In this document: piece by piece, positions 17,662 through 28,024 of the stretch
Layout: each line of letters opens with the position of its first letter
Position numbering within the stretch: the stretch's first letter is position 1
Assembly (NCBI GenBank): GCA_018222865.1
Contig: JAAEZM010000003.1
Coordinates: forward strand, 70,795-134,794
From: Alphaproteobacteria bacterium
Lineage (GTDB): Bacteria; Pseudomonadota; Alphaproteobacteria; Caulobacterales; Maricaulaceae
Reading direction: 5' to 3'
DNA: 64,000 nt
Translations under genes and position numbers: made by a program
The notes under the pieces: generated by a model
The model's input: the letters and a program-made list of their open reading frames with translations, nothing else
Databases searched by the model: none
What the model was told of the DNA's origin: nothing

Positions 17662-18332
17662 GCATCACGCGCACCAAACAGCACGGATCCCAACCTCACT
17701 GACGTCGCACCCAGACCAATCGCGGTTTCGAAATCGCCGCTCATACCCATGGAGAGTTTGGACAGCCCTGCCTCTCGTGCCAGCTTCGCGAGAAGCGCAA
17801 AATGCAGGCCTGCCGGCTCATCCACAGGCGGGATACACATCAGGCCTTCAATTTCCAGCCCGCACTCATCACGACAGAAATCGAGAAAGCCGGGAAGCTC
17901 GGCCGGCAAAATGCCCGACTTTTGATCTTCTTCTCCGGTATTCACCTGAATATACAGACGCAGCTTGCGCTGTTGGCGGTCCATCTCTGTCTTGATCGCG
18001 CGAGCGAGCTTCTCGCGATCAAGCGTCTCAATCACATCAAACAGCGCGACGGCATCTGCAGTTTTATTGGACTGAAGAGGACCAATCAGCCGCAGCTCCA
18101 GGTCTGGATAGGCTGAACGCCGTTCAGACCAGTGTTGCTGCGCCTCCTGCACCCGGTTTTCACCAAAAACGCGTTGGCCCGCTGCCAGCATGGCCTCGAT
18201 ACGCGTATCGGGCTGGCGCTTGGAAACAGCGACCAGTTCAACCGTCTCGCCAGCCTCTCGCGCTTGTGCGCAGACAGCAATCCGGTCCAGAATTTTGTCC
18301 CGATTGTTTTTCAGATCTGAAATGTCACTCAT
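17658..18332 (-). CDS. yggS: YggS family pyridoxal-phosphate homeostasis protein
   Basis: VELVAVSKRQP...FGENRVQEA...HLIGPLQSNK-type blocks (RLIGPLQSNKTADAV) and SMGMSGDFETAI. ATG 18332 (MSDISDL...) is preferred. Confidence 0.9.
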   Translation of the reverse strand: MSDISDLKNNRDKILDRIAVCAQAREAGETVELVAVSKRQPDTRIEAMLAAGQRVFGENRVQEAQQHWSERRSAYPDLELRLIGPLQSNKTADAVALFDVIETLDREKLARAIKTEMDRQQRKLRLYIQVNTGEEDQKSGILPAELPGFLDFCRDECGLEIEGLMCIPPVDEPAGLHFALLAKLAREAGLSKLSMGMSGDFETAIGLGATSVRLGSVLFGARDA

Positions 18333-18360
18333 CTCATCGCCATATGCCCGCTCCCATCGA

Positions 18361-18948
18361 TTGGCAAGTCTTGCTGAGCGCATTGGCGATGCCGTGAATG
18401 CACCGCGCCTTCTGGTCCTGACTGATCCGGTGCGAACGCCGGATCCCTATGTGCTGGCCAGTCGTTTACCGGCTGGAAGCGCGCTTGTTTATAGACATTT
18501 TGGTGTGGCGGATCGATATGAGACGGCCGGAGGTCTGGCTCAGCTCTGCCATGAGCGCGGAGCCTATCTCCTGGTTTCATCTGACCTTGAGCTGGCAGAC
18601 CGCATTGGTGCGGATGGTGTGCATTGGCCGGAACGCTTTTATGCTCAGGCTGCTCAGGCGCGGGCGCGTTCGTATACAAGCTGGTTTACGGCAGCGGCAC
18701 ATTCAGCTCCTGCGCTGCAAAAAGCAGCAGCGCTGGGCATGGACGCAGCTCTCCTATCCCCGATTTTTGCTTCAAACAGCCCCAGTGCAGGATCAGCAAT
18801 TGGAGCTTTAAGAGCACGCCTTCTCATCAGGCAATCTGCGCTACCGGTCTACCTGCTTGGCGGAATCCGCGATGAAACCATGCGCAGAATAACCAATAGC
18901 GGCGCTGCCGGCTTTGCCATGGTGGAAGCTTTCAATGAGACGGTATGA
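18361..18948 (+). CDS. thiamine-phosphate synthase (ThiE/TenI) family protein
   Basis: LLVLTDP...GADGVHW...AHS...GMDAALLSPIFAS...VYLLGGI. Start uncertain: TTG 18361 or GTG 18394. ATG 18322 would overlap the divergent yggS start. Confidence 0.65.
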   Translation: MASLAERIGDAVNAPRLLVLTDPVRTPDPYVLASRLPAGSALVYRHFGVADRYETAGGLAQLCHERGAYLLVSSDLELADRIGADGVHWPERFYAQAAQARARSYTSWFTAAAHSAPALQKAAALGMDAALLSPIFASNSPSAGSAIGALRARLLIRQSALPVYLLGGIRDETMRRITNSGAAGFAMVEAFNETV

Positions 18949-18953
18949 GTGCT

Positions 18954-19397
18954 TTAGAAGCGTAAAGCGGACTCGAACTTGATCTCCGGCGCGCGCTCTT
19001 CATCCTCGCTCGGGATCATGAAGAGATCGTCCTGCGGGGAGGTAAAGCGTACTTCGCCGCCGAAGCGGAAACGTTCACCCACATTCACGAAGGCGCTGGC
19101 GCTGACATCGTCGAGTTCGAGGGGTTCATACTGTTCATCTCGAATACCCAAGGTCAGCCCCCAGCGTCCGCTTTCAGCTTCCCAGTCGATGGTGGGAAGG
19201 CTTTCATCAAGCGAGGGCGGCAGATCTTCATTCAGAGACAGCGTGAAGGCCTCATACCAAGGTGTTTCAGACTGAGGAACAGCCTCCGGGGCGTCTTGAC
19301 CCATCGCCGCCGGCGCACACAACAGGAGCGTAGACGCGAAGGCAGTAATGCCCAGCGCTTTAGCATGGCCTGTAAATGTGGACTTGCGGATGATCAT
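18954..19397 (-). CDS. secreted or outer-membrane-associated hypothetical protein (147 aa)
   Basis: Signal peptide (LGITAFASTLLLCAPAAMGQDAP), GAGGGAG Shine-Dalgarno, and a C-terminal ...FESALRF ending in Phe as in OM proteins. Confidence 0.55.
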   Translation of the reverse strand: MIIRKSTFTGHAKALGITAFASTLLLCAPAAMGQDAPEAVPQSETPWYEAFTLSLNEDLPPSLDESLPTIDWEAESGRWGLTLGIRDEQYEPLELDDVSASAFVNVGERFRFGGEVRFTSPQDDLFMIPSEDEERAPEIKFESALRF

Positions 19398-19499
19398 GAC
19401 GCTCCCTCACCTAGCTGGCAATTATAGGCAAGCGAGGATGTTATGCACAGGGGGGTATTTCGGTATTACAGCGCTTTTCCGACCGCTGTTGCCGATATG

Positions 19500-20729
19500 T
19501 CAATGACGCCAGCTTGCTTCAAGAAAAACAACTGTAGAGTCAGTTGCTTCTGAGCTTCGGCTGCCTGCGAGAAATTGCGCCACCTCGCGCTCAACCTGTT
19601 GCAGGCCAACACCCAATAACCAGCTATCCCCGAGCCAGGACGTGCCGACTTGCCAGGTATGTCCATCCGCATGGACAAGGTCATCACTGAATGCCGCCCA
19701 CTCCAGGCTGGTCATCCAGGGTCCCGCCTCATAACCCACAGACGCGGAATAGGCTTGGTAGCCCGCATCGCCATTGATCGCATTATTGCTGGTCAACCAC
19801 CGGCTACCAGCCAGCCAATTTCCCCGCCGCCAGCTGACACCGAGATCCAGGCTCTCCAAACGGTCAACTCCCGCGATCGGGCTTTCGTTTTCGCTTCTCG
19901 CCCAGCCAATGCTGAACGCCCACTCCTGGGGCCCCCGATCCACCTCATACAGCCCACCCAGCTCGACAACCCAATCCGGTTCAGGCGAGCGCACAGGGCC
20001 GGGACCATCGCCAAAAGCACAGAAATCCACCCCGCAATCGCCAACCTCTGGTGTGATGGAGGCAGATGCCCTGAAACTACCGATAGTGGAGCGCTGACCC
20101 AGCGCTATGGACCGGAATACAAGCTTTGGAGCCTGACCGGATGCGTAATTCTCCGTGCGCGCATGGTTCACACCGGCTGGGTCGAGCCGGCCACCATCCG
20201 CTCTGATCGTCCGGAAAGCGCTTGGACCGCCGACTTCATCAAGTCGCGCAGCACCATCGCCATAACCGATACGCCATTCGCCCCATCCGGAGTGAAGAAA
20301 CAGGAAGGCCTCGGTGACGGCAGCGCGCACGCCTGAATCCCGCTCGGCCGGCGCTTGAGCCTGCAGGCCGGAGGTATAGCCGCGGCTTGGCTGATCAGGG
20401 CAATCTGCCTGACCTGCAGGGCAGAAACCGGCATTTCCGCCAAAGGCTATCCGGTCGCTATCGCGCTCGGCTCGACCTGCGAGGACAAATCCATAACGTC
20501 GACCATTATCGGTGATGTTCTCATAGCGAAAACGCGCATCAAGATCCGCGAGGAGCTCGGCTTCACCCTCGATTGCGAAGGCCAGTCCGGCCATATCAAT
20601 CTCGAACAGCGTCTCGGCTGCTGATCCCGAACCATTATAACTATGAGTGTCTTGAGAGAATGTCGGAGGGGCCGTGAAGAGACTGGACACCGCCGCGAAA
20701 CTTATCGCGCTAATTGTCCATTTCATCAC
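19500..20729 (-). CDS. porin-like outer-membrane beta-barrel protein
   Basis: Signal peptide (MMKWTISAISFAAVSSLFTAPPTFSQ). Alternating amphipathic strands rich in G/Y/W/R/D (e.g. YQAYSASVGYEAGPWMTSLEWAAF). Family assignment rests on composition only. Confidence 0.55.
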   Translation of the reverse strand: MMKWTISAISFAAVSSLFTAPPTFSQDTHSYNGSGSAAETLFEIDMAGLAFAIEGEAELLADLDARFRYENITDNGRRYGFVLAGRAERDSDRIAFGGNAGFCPAGQADCPDQPSRGYTSGLQAQAPAERDSGVRAAVTEAFLFLHSGWGEWRIGYGDGAARLDEVGGPSAFRTIRADGGRLDPAGVNHARTENYASGQAPKLVFRSIALGQRSTIGSFRASASITPEVGDCGVDFCAFGDGPGPVRSPEPDWVVELGGLYEVDRGPQEWAFSIGWARSENESPIAGVDRLESLDLGVSWRRGNWLAGSRWLTSNNAINGDAGYQAYSASVGYEAGPWMTSLEWAAFSDDLVHADGHTWQVGTSWLGDSWLLGVGLQQVEREVAQFLAGSRSSEATDSTVVFLEASWRH

Positions 20730-20993
20730 TCACGGCCCCACCGATCGGCCCCGTCCCCCCGGACGTCGCTTGTGTACAGGAGTTGAGGCGGGCCGTCCGG
20801 TCAAGGCGGAGACACCGTTATCCCGTCGCTTCCTGGAAGCCTGTTGCAGCTTTGTCACGGTTAGATCGGGTGACTTTCTACTCTGGTGCGCAAAATTTCG
20901 CGTGCTATACAAGCAAGTCCCAAGGGTGGTTAGACGGTGTTTTCAACTGCCCTCCCGGAGTGCTTGCCGTCTTGTATGAAGGAGTTGCGGCGT

Positions 20994-21479
20994 ATGCTTA
21001 ACCGTTGGAAGTTTGGTGCTGCCCTGGCAGTCAGCGCGCTTTTTCTTACCGCCTGTAGCTCGGCCGGAAACAGTTCTGGTTCGTCCAGCTCGGAAGGATC
21101 ATCGGGTCTGCGCCTACCGTCCATCACGGGCAATAGCCGTGTTGAAGTGGAAGGCATTGGCGTCAACAGCTTCCTGTGGCGCGCAAGCCTGGACACGATC
21201 AACTTCATGCCTTTGGCTGAGGTGGATCCGTTCGGTGGTGTGATCATCACGGACTGGTACGCCAATCCGCAGATGACCAATGAGCGCTTCAAGCTCACTG
21301 TCTATATTCTCGATACGCGGCTTCGCGCTGATGCACTTGCGGTGAACGTCTTCCGTCAAGTCCGGGAAGAAAACGGTGGCTGGATTGATGCGCCTTCGAG
21401 CTCATCCACCGCCTATGAAATCGAAACTGCTATTCTGACCCGCGCGCGTCAGCTGCGTATTGCGCAACTGGACGACTAA
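20994..21479 (+). CDS. DUF3576-type lipoprotein
   Basis: Lipobox ALFLTAC|SS. VNSFLWRASLDTINFMPLAEVDPFGGVIITDWY is the conserved DUF3576 block. GAAGGAG lies upstream of ATG 20994. Located upstream of leuS, as in other alphaproteobacteria. Confidence 0.8.
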   Translation: MLNRWKFGAALAVSALFLTACSSAGNSSGSSSSEGSSGLRLPSITGNSRVEVEGIGVNSFLWRASLDTINFMPLAEVDPFGGVIITDWYANPQMTNERFKLTVYILDTRLRADALAVNVFRQVREENGGWIDAPSSSSTAYEIETAILTRARQLRIAQLDD

Positions 21480-21521
21480 GCCGGGACGACCGGGAGCGCG
21501 GTGACCACCGCGTGCCAGCCA

Positions 21522-24113
21522 ATGAGCCGATACAATCCCCGCGAAGCCGAACCGAAATGGCAATCGGCTTGGGCGGATAATGATTCCTTCCGTGCTGAAG
21601 GTGCCACCTCCGGCAAGCCAAAATACTATGTCCTGGAGATGTTCCCCTATCCTTCGGGGCGCATCCATGTCGGTCACTCTCGCAATTATGCCATGGGTGA
21701 TGTTGTGGCCCGCTATAAGCGGGCACGGGGCTTTGATGTGCTGCACCCAATGGGGTGGGATGCCTTTGGGCTGCCGGCCGAAAACGCCGCGCGCGAACGC
21801 GGCGTGCATCCCGGCGCCTGGACCTATGACAATATCGATGCGATGCGCGGACAGCTGCAGCGGCTCGGTCTGGCTTTGGACTGGTCTCGCGAATTTGCGA
21901 CTTGCGATCCGAGCTATTATCGCCATCAACAGGATATCTTCCTGAGATTGATGGAAAAAGACCTGGTTTATCGCAAAACCGCCAAGGTCAATTGGGATCC
22001 GGTCGACCAGACAGTGCTGGCCAATGAACAGGTCATTGATGGGCGCGGTTGGCGGTCCGGCGCGCTTGTTGTTCAACGCGAGCTCGATCAGTGGTTCTTC
22101 AAAATCACTGAGTATGCGGACGTGCTTCTGGAGGGCCTGGAAGACCTTGATCGCTGGCCCGATAAGGTTCGCACCATGCAGGCGAACTGGATTGGTCGCT
22201 CGCGAGGGGCACAGATCCGCTTCCCCTTCACGGACGCCTCTCATGGTGAAGCCTTTGGCGAGAGTATCGAGGTCTTTACAACACGGCCCGATACGCTTTT
22301 CGGCGCAAGCTTCCTGGCGCTCGCCCCCGATCATCCGATCGTAAAAAAACTGGCCGAAGATGATCCGGAAATAGATCGCTTCATGCACGAATGCGCTCGT
22401 ATGGGCACATCGGAAGAAGAGATTGAGAAGGCGCCCAAGAAGGGTGTGGATCTTGGGATTACAGTCCGCCACCCCTTTGATCCGGATTGGGAATTGCCGG
22501 TTTGGTCGGCCAATTTCGTGCTCTCGACCTACGGGACCGGTGCGATCTTCGGTTCGCCGGCGGGTGACCAGCGCGACCTCGATTTCGCCAATAAGTATGA
22601 GCTTCCCGTCAACCCGGTTGTCCTGCCGCCAGACGCGGACGCGGCGACGCATGCCATCACGGATGAGGCCTATACCGGGCCCGGTACGATCTATAATTCT
22701 CGTTTCCTTGATGGCTTGTCGACGGTTGAGGCCATTGAGCGGGCCATTGAGGAGTTGGAGAAGCTAGGACTTGGTGAAGGTGCTACCACTTTCCGCCTGC
22801 GCGACTGGCTGGTGTCACGGCAAAGGTACTGGGGTTGCCCGATCCCGGTTATTCACTGCGATGATTGCGGTGTTGTCCCGGTTCCGCAGGACCAGCTTCC
22901 TGTCAAACTCCCCGATGACGTAACTTTCGATCATCCGAGCAATCCGCTCGAACGCCACCCGACCTGGAAGCACACGACCTGTCCGAAATGCGGCAAGCCG
23001 GCGCGCCGTGAAACGGATACGTTGGATACATTCGTTTGTTCGTCCTGGTACTTCCTGCGCTTTACATCGCCCTTCGGTGAGACGGTGCCCTTTGCGGCCG
23101 AAGACGCCAATCACTGGATGCCGGTCGACCAATATGTTGGCGGTATCGAGCATGCGATCCTGCACCTGCTCTATGCTCGCTTCTTCTCTCGCGCATTGAG
23201 CAATGCCGGGATGATGGATGAGAAGGCCAGTGAGCCTTTCGCGGGCCTGTTTACCCAAGGCATGGTGACGCACGAGACGTATAAGTCAGCCGAGGGCAAA
23301 TGGCTCTCGCCAGACGAGATCACTGAAAAAGGTGAGGGTTTCGTTGAAACCGAGACGGGTAAGCCCGTGACGGTGGGCGCAATTGAGAAAATGTCCAAGT
23401 CCAAGAAGAATGTCGTCGATCTCGACGCCTTCATCGAGGATTATGGCGCCGATGCTGCCCGCTGGTTTGTCTTGTCAGACTCACCGCCTGAGCGCGATGT
23501 CGAGTATACCGATAGTGGCGTGGCGGGCGTCTGGCGTTTCCTGCAGCGTCTTTGGTCAACCGTGGATGAGCTCCCAGAAGCCGCCCCGGGCCCCATGACG
23601 ATCGCAACAGACGCTTCCGGTGATGCTCTGGCGGTCCGCAAAGCCGCCCACAAGGCTGCGCACACGGTGACCGATGCCATTGAGGGCTTCCGCTTTAATT
23701 CGGCCGTTGCGCAAATCCACGATCTTGTGAATTCACTGCGTCAGGCCAAAGGCGAAAGTGAAGACATGCTCGCCGCGCGCGCTGAGGCGCTGGGCATGCT
23801 TGCTCGGATGATTGCGCCCTTCATTCCACACCTGGCAGAGGAAGCCTGGTCTCGCCTTGGCGGTGAAGGCCTGGTGCTTGAAGCTCCTTGGCCGCAAGTC
23901 GATGAGAGCTTGCTCGTCGAGGACAGCATCGTCATGCCGATTCAGGTGAATGGCAAGAAGCGCGGCGAGATTGAACTGGCCCGCGGAAGCGATGAAGAGA
24001 CCGTGAAATCTGTTGCTCTGAGTGATCAGGGGGTAGCGCGAACGCTCGAAGGCCTTACGATACGCAAGATCATCGTGGTCCCAGACCGCATCGTGAATAT
24101 TGTAGCGGGATAA
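21522..24113 (+). CDS. leuS: leucine--tRNA ligase
   Basis: [17 protein letters not shown] (HIGH) and KMSKSKKN (KMSKS). Full-length class Ia architecture. Confidence 0.97.
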   Translation: MSRYNPREAEPKWQSAWADNDSFRAEGATSGKPKYYVLEMFPYPSGRIHVGHSRNYAMGDVVARYKRARGFDVLHPMGWDAFGLPAENAARERGVHPGAWTYDNIDAMRGQLQRLGLALDWSREFATCDPSYYRHQQDIFLRLMEKDLVYRKTAKVNWDPVDQTVLANEQVIDGRGWRSGALVVQRELDQWFFKITEYADVLLEGLEDLDRWPDKVRTMQANWIGRSRGAQIRFPFTDASHGEAFGESIEVFTTRPDTLFGASFLALAPDHPIVKKLAEDDPEIDRFMHECARMGTSEEEIEKAPKKGVDLGITVRHPFDPDWELPVWSANFVLSTYGTGAIFGSPAGDQRDLDFANKYELPVNPVVLPPDADAATHAITDEAYTGPGTIYNSRFLDGLSTVEAIERAIEELEKLGLGEGATTFRLRDWLVSRQRYWGCPIPVIHCDDCGVVPVPQDQLPVKLPDDVTFDHPSNPLERHPTWKHTTCPKCGKPARRETDTLDTFVCSSWYFLRFTSPFGETVPFAAEDANHWMPVDQYVGGIEHAILHLLYARFFSRALSNAGMMDEKASEPFAGLFTQGMVTHETYKSAEGKWLSPDEITEKGEGFVETETGKPVTVGAIEKMSKSKKNVVDLDAFIEDYGADAARWFVLSDSPPERDVEYTDSGVAGVWRFLQRLWSTVDELPEAAPGPMTIATDASGDALAVRKAAHKAAHTVTDAIEGFRFNSAVAQIHDLVNSLRQAKGESEDMLAARAEALGMLARMIAPFIPHLAEEAWSRLGGEGLVLEAPWPQVDESLLVEDSIVMPIQVNGKKRGEIELARGSDEETVKSVALSDQGVARTLEGLTIRKIIVVPDRIVNIVAG

Positions 24114-24117
24114 TCCT

Positions 24118-24618
24118 ATGCGCACGCGTCGCTTCTTCTTCTCTGGCCTGGCCCTTATTGGGGCGGCGAGCCTGTCTGCGTGCGGTTTTTCTCCCATGTA
24201 TGGGACGGGGAGTCCGGGTGAAGACTTATCAGAAATCCGGATCCAGACGGGAAGTGAGCGGGTCGATTTCTATCTCCAGGAAGCCCTGCATGATGCTCTG
24301 GGAACACGAAATGCGCGCGGCCCTTATACTCTGATCACAGAGACAAGAAGGTCACGGCTCGGCCTGGGTGTCAGCACCAATGAAGAAGCGAGACGCTATG
24401 CGGTTCGCGTGAGCGTGACCTATCGCTTGATGCGCGACGGTGTGAGCCGCCCAGCGTTTACCGGTATCGCCGAGGGCGAAGCCGGTTTTAACGCCTCGTC
24501 TGAGCTTTACTCCATTGAGATCGCCGAGCGCGATGCAGAGACCCGGGCCGTTGAAGCCGCGGCGGAACAGATGACCCTGCAACTCTATCGTTTTGCGCGG
24601 AGCAGTGAGACGTGGTGA
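24118..24618 (+). CDS. lptE: LPS-assembly lipoprotein LptE
   Basis: Lipobox LSAC|GF. Sits in the conserved leuS-lptE-holA order. Confidence 0.8.
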   Translation: MRTRRFFFSGLALIGAASLSACGFSPMYGTGSPGEDLSEIRIQTGSERVDFYLQEALHDALGTRNARGPYTLITETRRSRLGLGVSTNEEARRYAVRVSVTYRLMRDGVSRPAFTGIAEGEAGFNASSELYSIEIAERDAETRAVEAAAEQMTLQLYRFARSSETW

Positions 24619-25667
24619 AAATCACCCCACGTGAAGCTGATCGCCTGGTTGAGAACCCGGACAAACAATATCGCGCCTATCTCATCTTCGGACCAGATCG
24701 CGGCTTGGCCCATGAACGCGCCAATACCCTCGTTCAGTCCCTGCTCGAGGATCCAAATGATCCTTTCGCACTGTCTCAATTCTCTGACGAGGACCTAAAG
24801 TCCGATCCCGCTGCGCTCGCTGACGCTATGGCCGCCATGTCACTGACAGGAGGCAAGCGCGTGGTTCGTGTACGCCTGTCTGGTGAGACCGGAAGTGCGC
24901 CAATTCTCGACATGGTGGAGATGATCGAAGGTGATGCGGGCGGGATTGAAGCCACACTCATCGTGGAATCCGGGGACCTGACACCTCGGGGCAAGCTTCG
25001 AAAAACGTTTGAACCGGCCCGCAAGGCCGCTGCGATCGCCTGTTATGCCGACAACGCCCAGAGCCTCGAAGACCTCACTCGCAAGCTTCTCGCCGAGGAA
25101 GGATTGGTGATTGAAGCATCCACCTGGTCTCACTGGCTGCCGCGACTGGAAGGCGATCGCGCCCTGGCACGAGGCGAGATCGAGAAACTCATCCTCTATA
25201 AGGGCCTCAAGGGCCAACGCTCACCTGGCGATGATGAGATCACTCTTAGTGATATCGAGTCCGTTGCTGCAGACCATGGCGAGAGCGGACTCGATCAGAT
25301 CATCGGACCTCTCTTTGATGGAAACGTCCCTGACCTTGATCGGTCTTATGCAAGGGCCTTGAGCGCTGGAACCTCGCCCGTCGCCATTTTGCGCGCTGTA
25401 CAGCGCAGAATTGACCAATTTGGATTAGTTCACGCGGCAGGCGGCCAGGACCAGGCGCTCGCGCGATCCGGAGCCCCGCGTTTCGGGCCGCAAGCTGCTC
25501 AATTTAAAAGACAATTAGGGTTCTGGAGAGGGCGGAAACTCGACGCAGCACGCCAGCTAGCCTTCGATGCGGAACGTCAGATCAAGCGTTCTGGCAGCCC
25601 TTCAGATGCGATTATCGGGGAGTTGATGCTCCGACTGGCCCGTGGCGCTTCGAGAGCGCGTCACTGA
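24612..25667 (+). CDS. holA: DNA polymerase III subunit delta
   Basis: Size, position after leuS-lptE, and N-terminal pattern YLIFGPDRGL... Confidence 0.85.
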   Translation: MVKITPREADRLVENPDKQYRAYLIFGPDRGLAHERANTLVQSLLEDPNDPFALSQFSDEDLKSDPAALADAMAAMSLTGGKRVVRVRLSGETGSAPILDMVEMIEGDAGGIEATLIVESGDLTPRGKLRKTFEPARKAAAIACYADNAQSLEDLTRKLLAEEGLVIEASTWSHWLPRLEGDRALARGEIEKLILYKGLKGQRSPGDDEITLSDIESVAADHGESGLDQIIGPLFDGNVPDLDRSYARALSAGTSPVAILRAVQRRIDQFGLVHAAGGQDQALARSGAPRFGPQAAQFKRQLGFWRGRKLDAARQLAFDAERQIKRSGSPSDAIIGELMLRLARGASRARH

Positions 25668-26575
25668 GAACCATTCGCACTCAACCTTCGGCATATATCA
25701 TCTAATTGTTCAAGCGTGCGGTAGTGCACCCGGATTTCTCCGCCTTTCGCGCCATGTCGAATATCGACATCCAACCCGAGCCGCGCCGCAATATCCGCCT
25801 CAAGAGATTTTGTGTCAGCATCCTTGGTATCAACGGAGCGGGCCGATGTTTTCGCATTCGAGCCAGAATCGGCTCCACCCTTGGCGAGCTTCTCGGCTTC
25901 GCGGACTGAAAGGCCTCTCGCGATAATATTTTCCGCCAGGATCTCGGCATTGGGTGAGGTGGCAATCGCACGGGCGTGACCCGCCGACAGCCGACCCGCC
26001 GCCAGATGCGACTGCACAGCCTCCGGTAAGGCCAGCAATCGGATCATATTGGCGATATGACTTCGGCTTTTGGACACGGCCCGCGCCACATCATCCTGAG
26101 TATGCCCGAAGCGCTCAATCAATTGCTTGTAAGCTTGCGCCTCTTCAATGGCATTGAGATCCGCGCGCTGGACGTTTTCGACGATACCGATTTCCAGCGT
26201 TTCTCGATCGGTCAGCTCTCGGATGAGAGCAGGCACTTCATGGAGCCGCGCACGCTGGGCCGCACGCCAGCGACGCTCGCCCGCGACAATCTCATAGCGC
26301 TCGCCACCCTCGAGTGGACGGACCAGGATCGGTTGCACAATTCCCTTGTCGGCGATGGATTCTGCAAGCGCATCGAGCTCGCTTTCGGTGATCGTCTTGC
26401 GCGGCTGATCCGGATTGGGCTGAATCAGCTCGATCGGCAGAGTCGACACACCGCGTCGTGCCGAGTCTGACCCGGTATTACCGGTCTCAGCGGGCGCATA
26501 ACTCTCTGTTTCAGTCTCGCCCAAAAGGGCTGAGAGACCACGGCCTAGCCGCTTATTCTTTTCCGACGGACTCAT
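25661..26575 (-). CDS. parB: chromosome partitioning protein ParB
   Basis: RLGRGLSALLGE, IVQPILVRP, YEIVAGERRWRAA (ParB box) and an HTH region. Confidence 0.95.
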   Translation of the reverse strand: MSPSEKNKRLGRGLSALLGETETESYAPAETGNTGSDSARRGVSTLPIELIQPNPDQPRKTITESELDALAESIADKGIVQPILVRPLEGGERYEIVAGERRWRAAQRARLHEVPALIRELTDRETLEIGIVENVQRADLNAIEEAQAYKQLIERFGHTQDDVARAVSKSRSHIANMIRLLALPEAVQSHLAAGRLSAGHARAIATSPNAEILAENIIARGLSVREAEKLAKGGADSGSNAKTSARSVDTKDADTKSLEADIAARLGLDVDIRHGAKGGEIRVHYRTLEQLDDICRRLSANGSQ

Positions 26576-27423
26576 GCCGGTTCACCTTCTTCTTGGGCTT
26601 TACGGTCGCGCTCTTGGCGGACGACTTCCTTGGCCAAAGCCACATAGGCTTTCGAACCCGAACAATTCAGATCATAGAGCAAAACTGGCTTGCCCACGGA
26701 TGGCGCCTCTGACACCCGGACATTCCGCGGGATCATCGTCTTATAGACCTTGTCTCCGAAGTGTTCGCGCACATCGGCAGCCACTTCTGCTGACAGATTA
26801 TTACGTCCGTCATACATGGTGAGCACGAGGCCCTGAATATCGAGCTTGGAATTGAGGTGACCGCGAACACGCTCAACCGTTTTGAGCAATTGGGTCAGGC
26901 CTTCAAGCGCGAAGAACTCACATTGAAGCGGCACCAGGATTGAATCCGAGGCTGTCAGCGCATTGACTGTCAGCACGTTCAGCGATGGCGGACAATCAAT
27001 CAGGATATAATCGATCGGCTCACGTCGCGTATCGGAGACATAATCCTCGATGGAGCGTTTCAGCTTGTAAGAGCGCCGGTTATCATTCGCTAATTCCAGC
27101 TCTGCACCGGAAAGCAGAACGTCAGAGGGTATGATGGACAGTCCTGGTACGACGGTCGGGGTCAACGCATCGGCAAAGCGGTCATCTCCGACAATCAGGT
27201 CAAACACGGTCAATCCGCGCGCCGAGGGCGGGACACCCAAACCGGTAGACGCATTGCCCTGCGGATCGAGATCGACAATCACGACTTTTTGCTTGATGGC
27301 CGCCAGGGCTGTGCCCAAATTGATTGCGGTTGTGGTTTTACCCACACCACCTTTTTGATTAGCGATGGCAATCACGCGGGGCGCGCGAGCACGCGGCAAC
27401 TTATCTTGCACGCTGGACCTCAT
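26572..27423 (-). CDS. parA: chromosome partitioning ATPase ParA
   Basis: Deviant Walker [21 protein letters not shown]. 4-nt overlap with the parB start. Confidence 0.95.
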   Translation of the reverse strand: MRSSVQDKLPRARAPRVIAIANQKGGVGKTTTAINLGTALAAIKQKVVIVDLDPQGNASTGLGVPPSARGLTVFDLIVGDDRFADALTPTVVPGLSIIPSDVLLSGAELELANDNRRSYKLKRSIEDYVSDTRREPIDYILIDCPPSLNVLTVNALTASDSILVPLQCEFFALEGLTQLLKTVERVRGHLNSKLDIQGLVLTMYDGRNNLSAEVAADVREHFGDKVYKTMIPRNVRVSEAPSVGKPVLLYDLNCSGSKAYVALAKEVVRQERDRKAQEEGEPA

Positions 27424-28024
27424 GGATCTTCAGGATCACCCCGTCACTGGTACGACTGGGTATGACTTCAGAATTGAATGTCCAGTTTTTACGGGCATCG
27501 GTCAATTCATCCTGATAGCTTCGCCCCTTGAGAAACAGGCCTTCAGCCCCGTTTTTCAACAAGGGTTCGGCATATCCCAATAATTTATCCATCGGAGCGA
27601 AGGCTCTCGCCGTAACCAGGTCGACGGGATTGGCCGGATCAAGCGCCTCCACGCGAATCGCTCGTGCCTCGGCCGGCGCCCCTGTTTCGGCAATCACCTT
27701 TTTGAGGAAGGCCACTTTCTTACCGACAGAATCGATCATCAAGACAGAGCCTGGCCGGCCGCGGTCCTGCAGACCGAGCGCCAGTGCGATGCCGGGAAAT
27801 CCAGCACCGGCCCCCATATCAATGATTGTTTGCGCTGTCTGAGGCATGTGTTCGAAGAGCTGGAAACTGTCAAACGCATGCCGGGTCCAGAAGTCGGCGA
27901 GGGTTGAGCGTCCGACGAGATTAGTATGAGCGTTGGTCTCTTCCAGAAGGCGATACCAGATCTCGAACTTTTCGAGTGTTTCACGTGAAACACCGCTTAG
28001 CTCAGCAAACTCCTCACGGGTCAT
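27401..28024 (-). CDS. rsmG: 16S rRNA (guanine527-N7)-methyltransferase RsmG (GidB)
   Basis: SAM-binding site [17 protein letters not shown]-terminal VSRETLEKF motif, and a 4-nt overlap with mnmG. Confidence 0.93.
   Translation of the reverse strand: MTREEFAELSGVSRETLEKFEIWYRLLEETNAHTNLVGRSTLADFWTRHAFDSFQLFEHMPQTAQTIIDMGAGAGFPGIALALGLQDRGRPGSVLMIDSVGKKVAFLKKVIAETGAPAEARAIRVEALDPANPVDLVTARAFAPMDKLLGYAEPLLKNGAEGLFLKGRSYQDELTDARKNWTFNSEVIPSRTSDGVILKIHEVQRAR
27977..27992. promoter_or_regulatory. parS: parS centromere site (perfect 16-bp palindrome TGTTTCACGTGAAACA) inside rsmG
   Basis: Exact match to the ParB-binding parS consensus tGTTtCACGTGAAACa. It encodes the VSRET motif of RsmG. Confidence 0.85.

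Noticed and set aside
24630-24650. Additional CACGTG-containing sequences as parS sites (e.g. 24639-24646 CACGTGAA in holA, 57335-57345 in gyrB, 60504-60515 in recF, and half-sites at 45365-45380 and 30719-30730)
   Set aside because: Each matches only the 6-8 bp core or one half-site (10/16 or fewer) and lacks the symmetric GTTTC/GAAAC arms.
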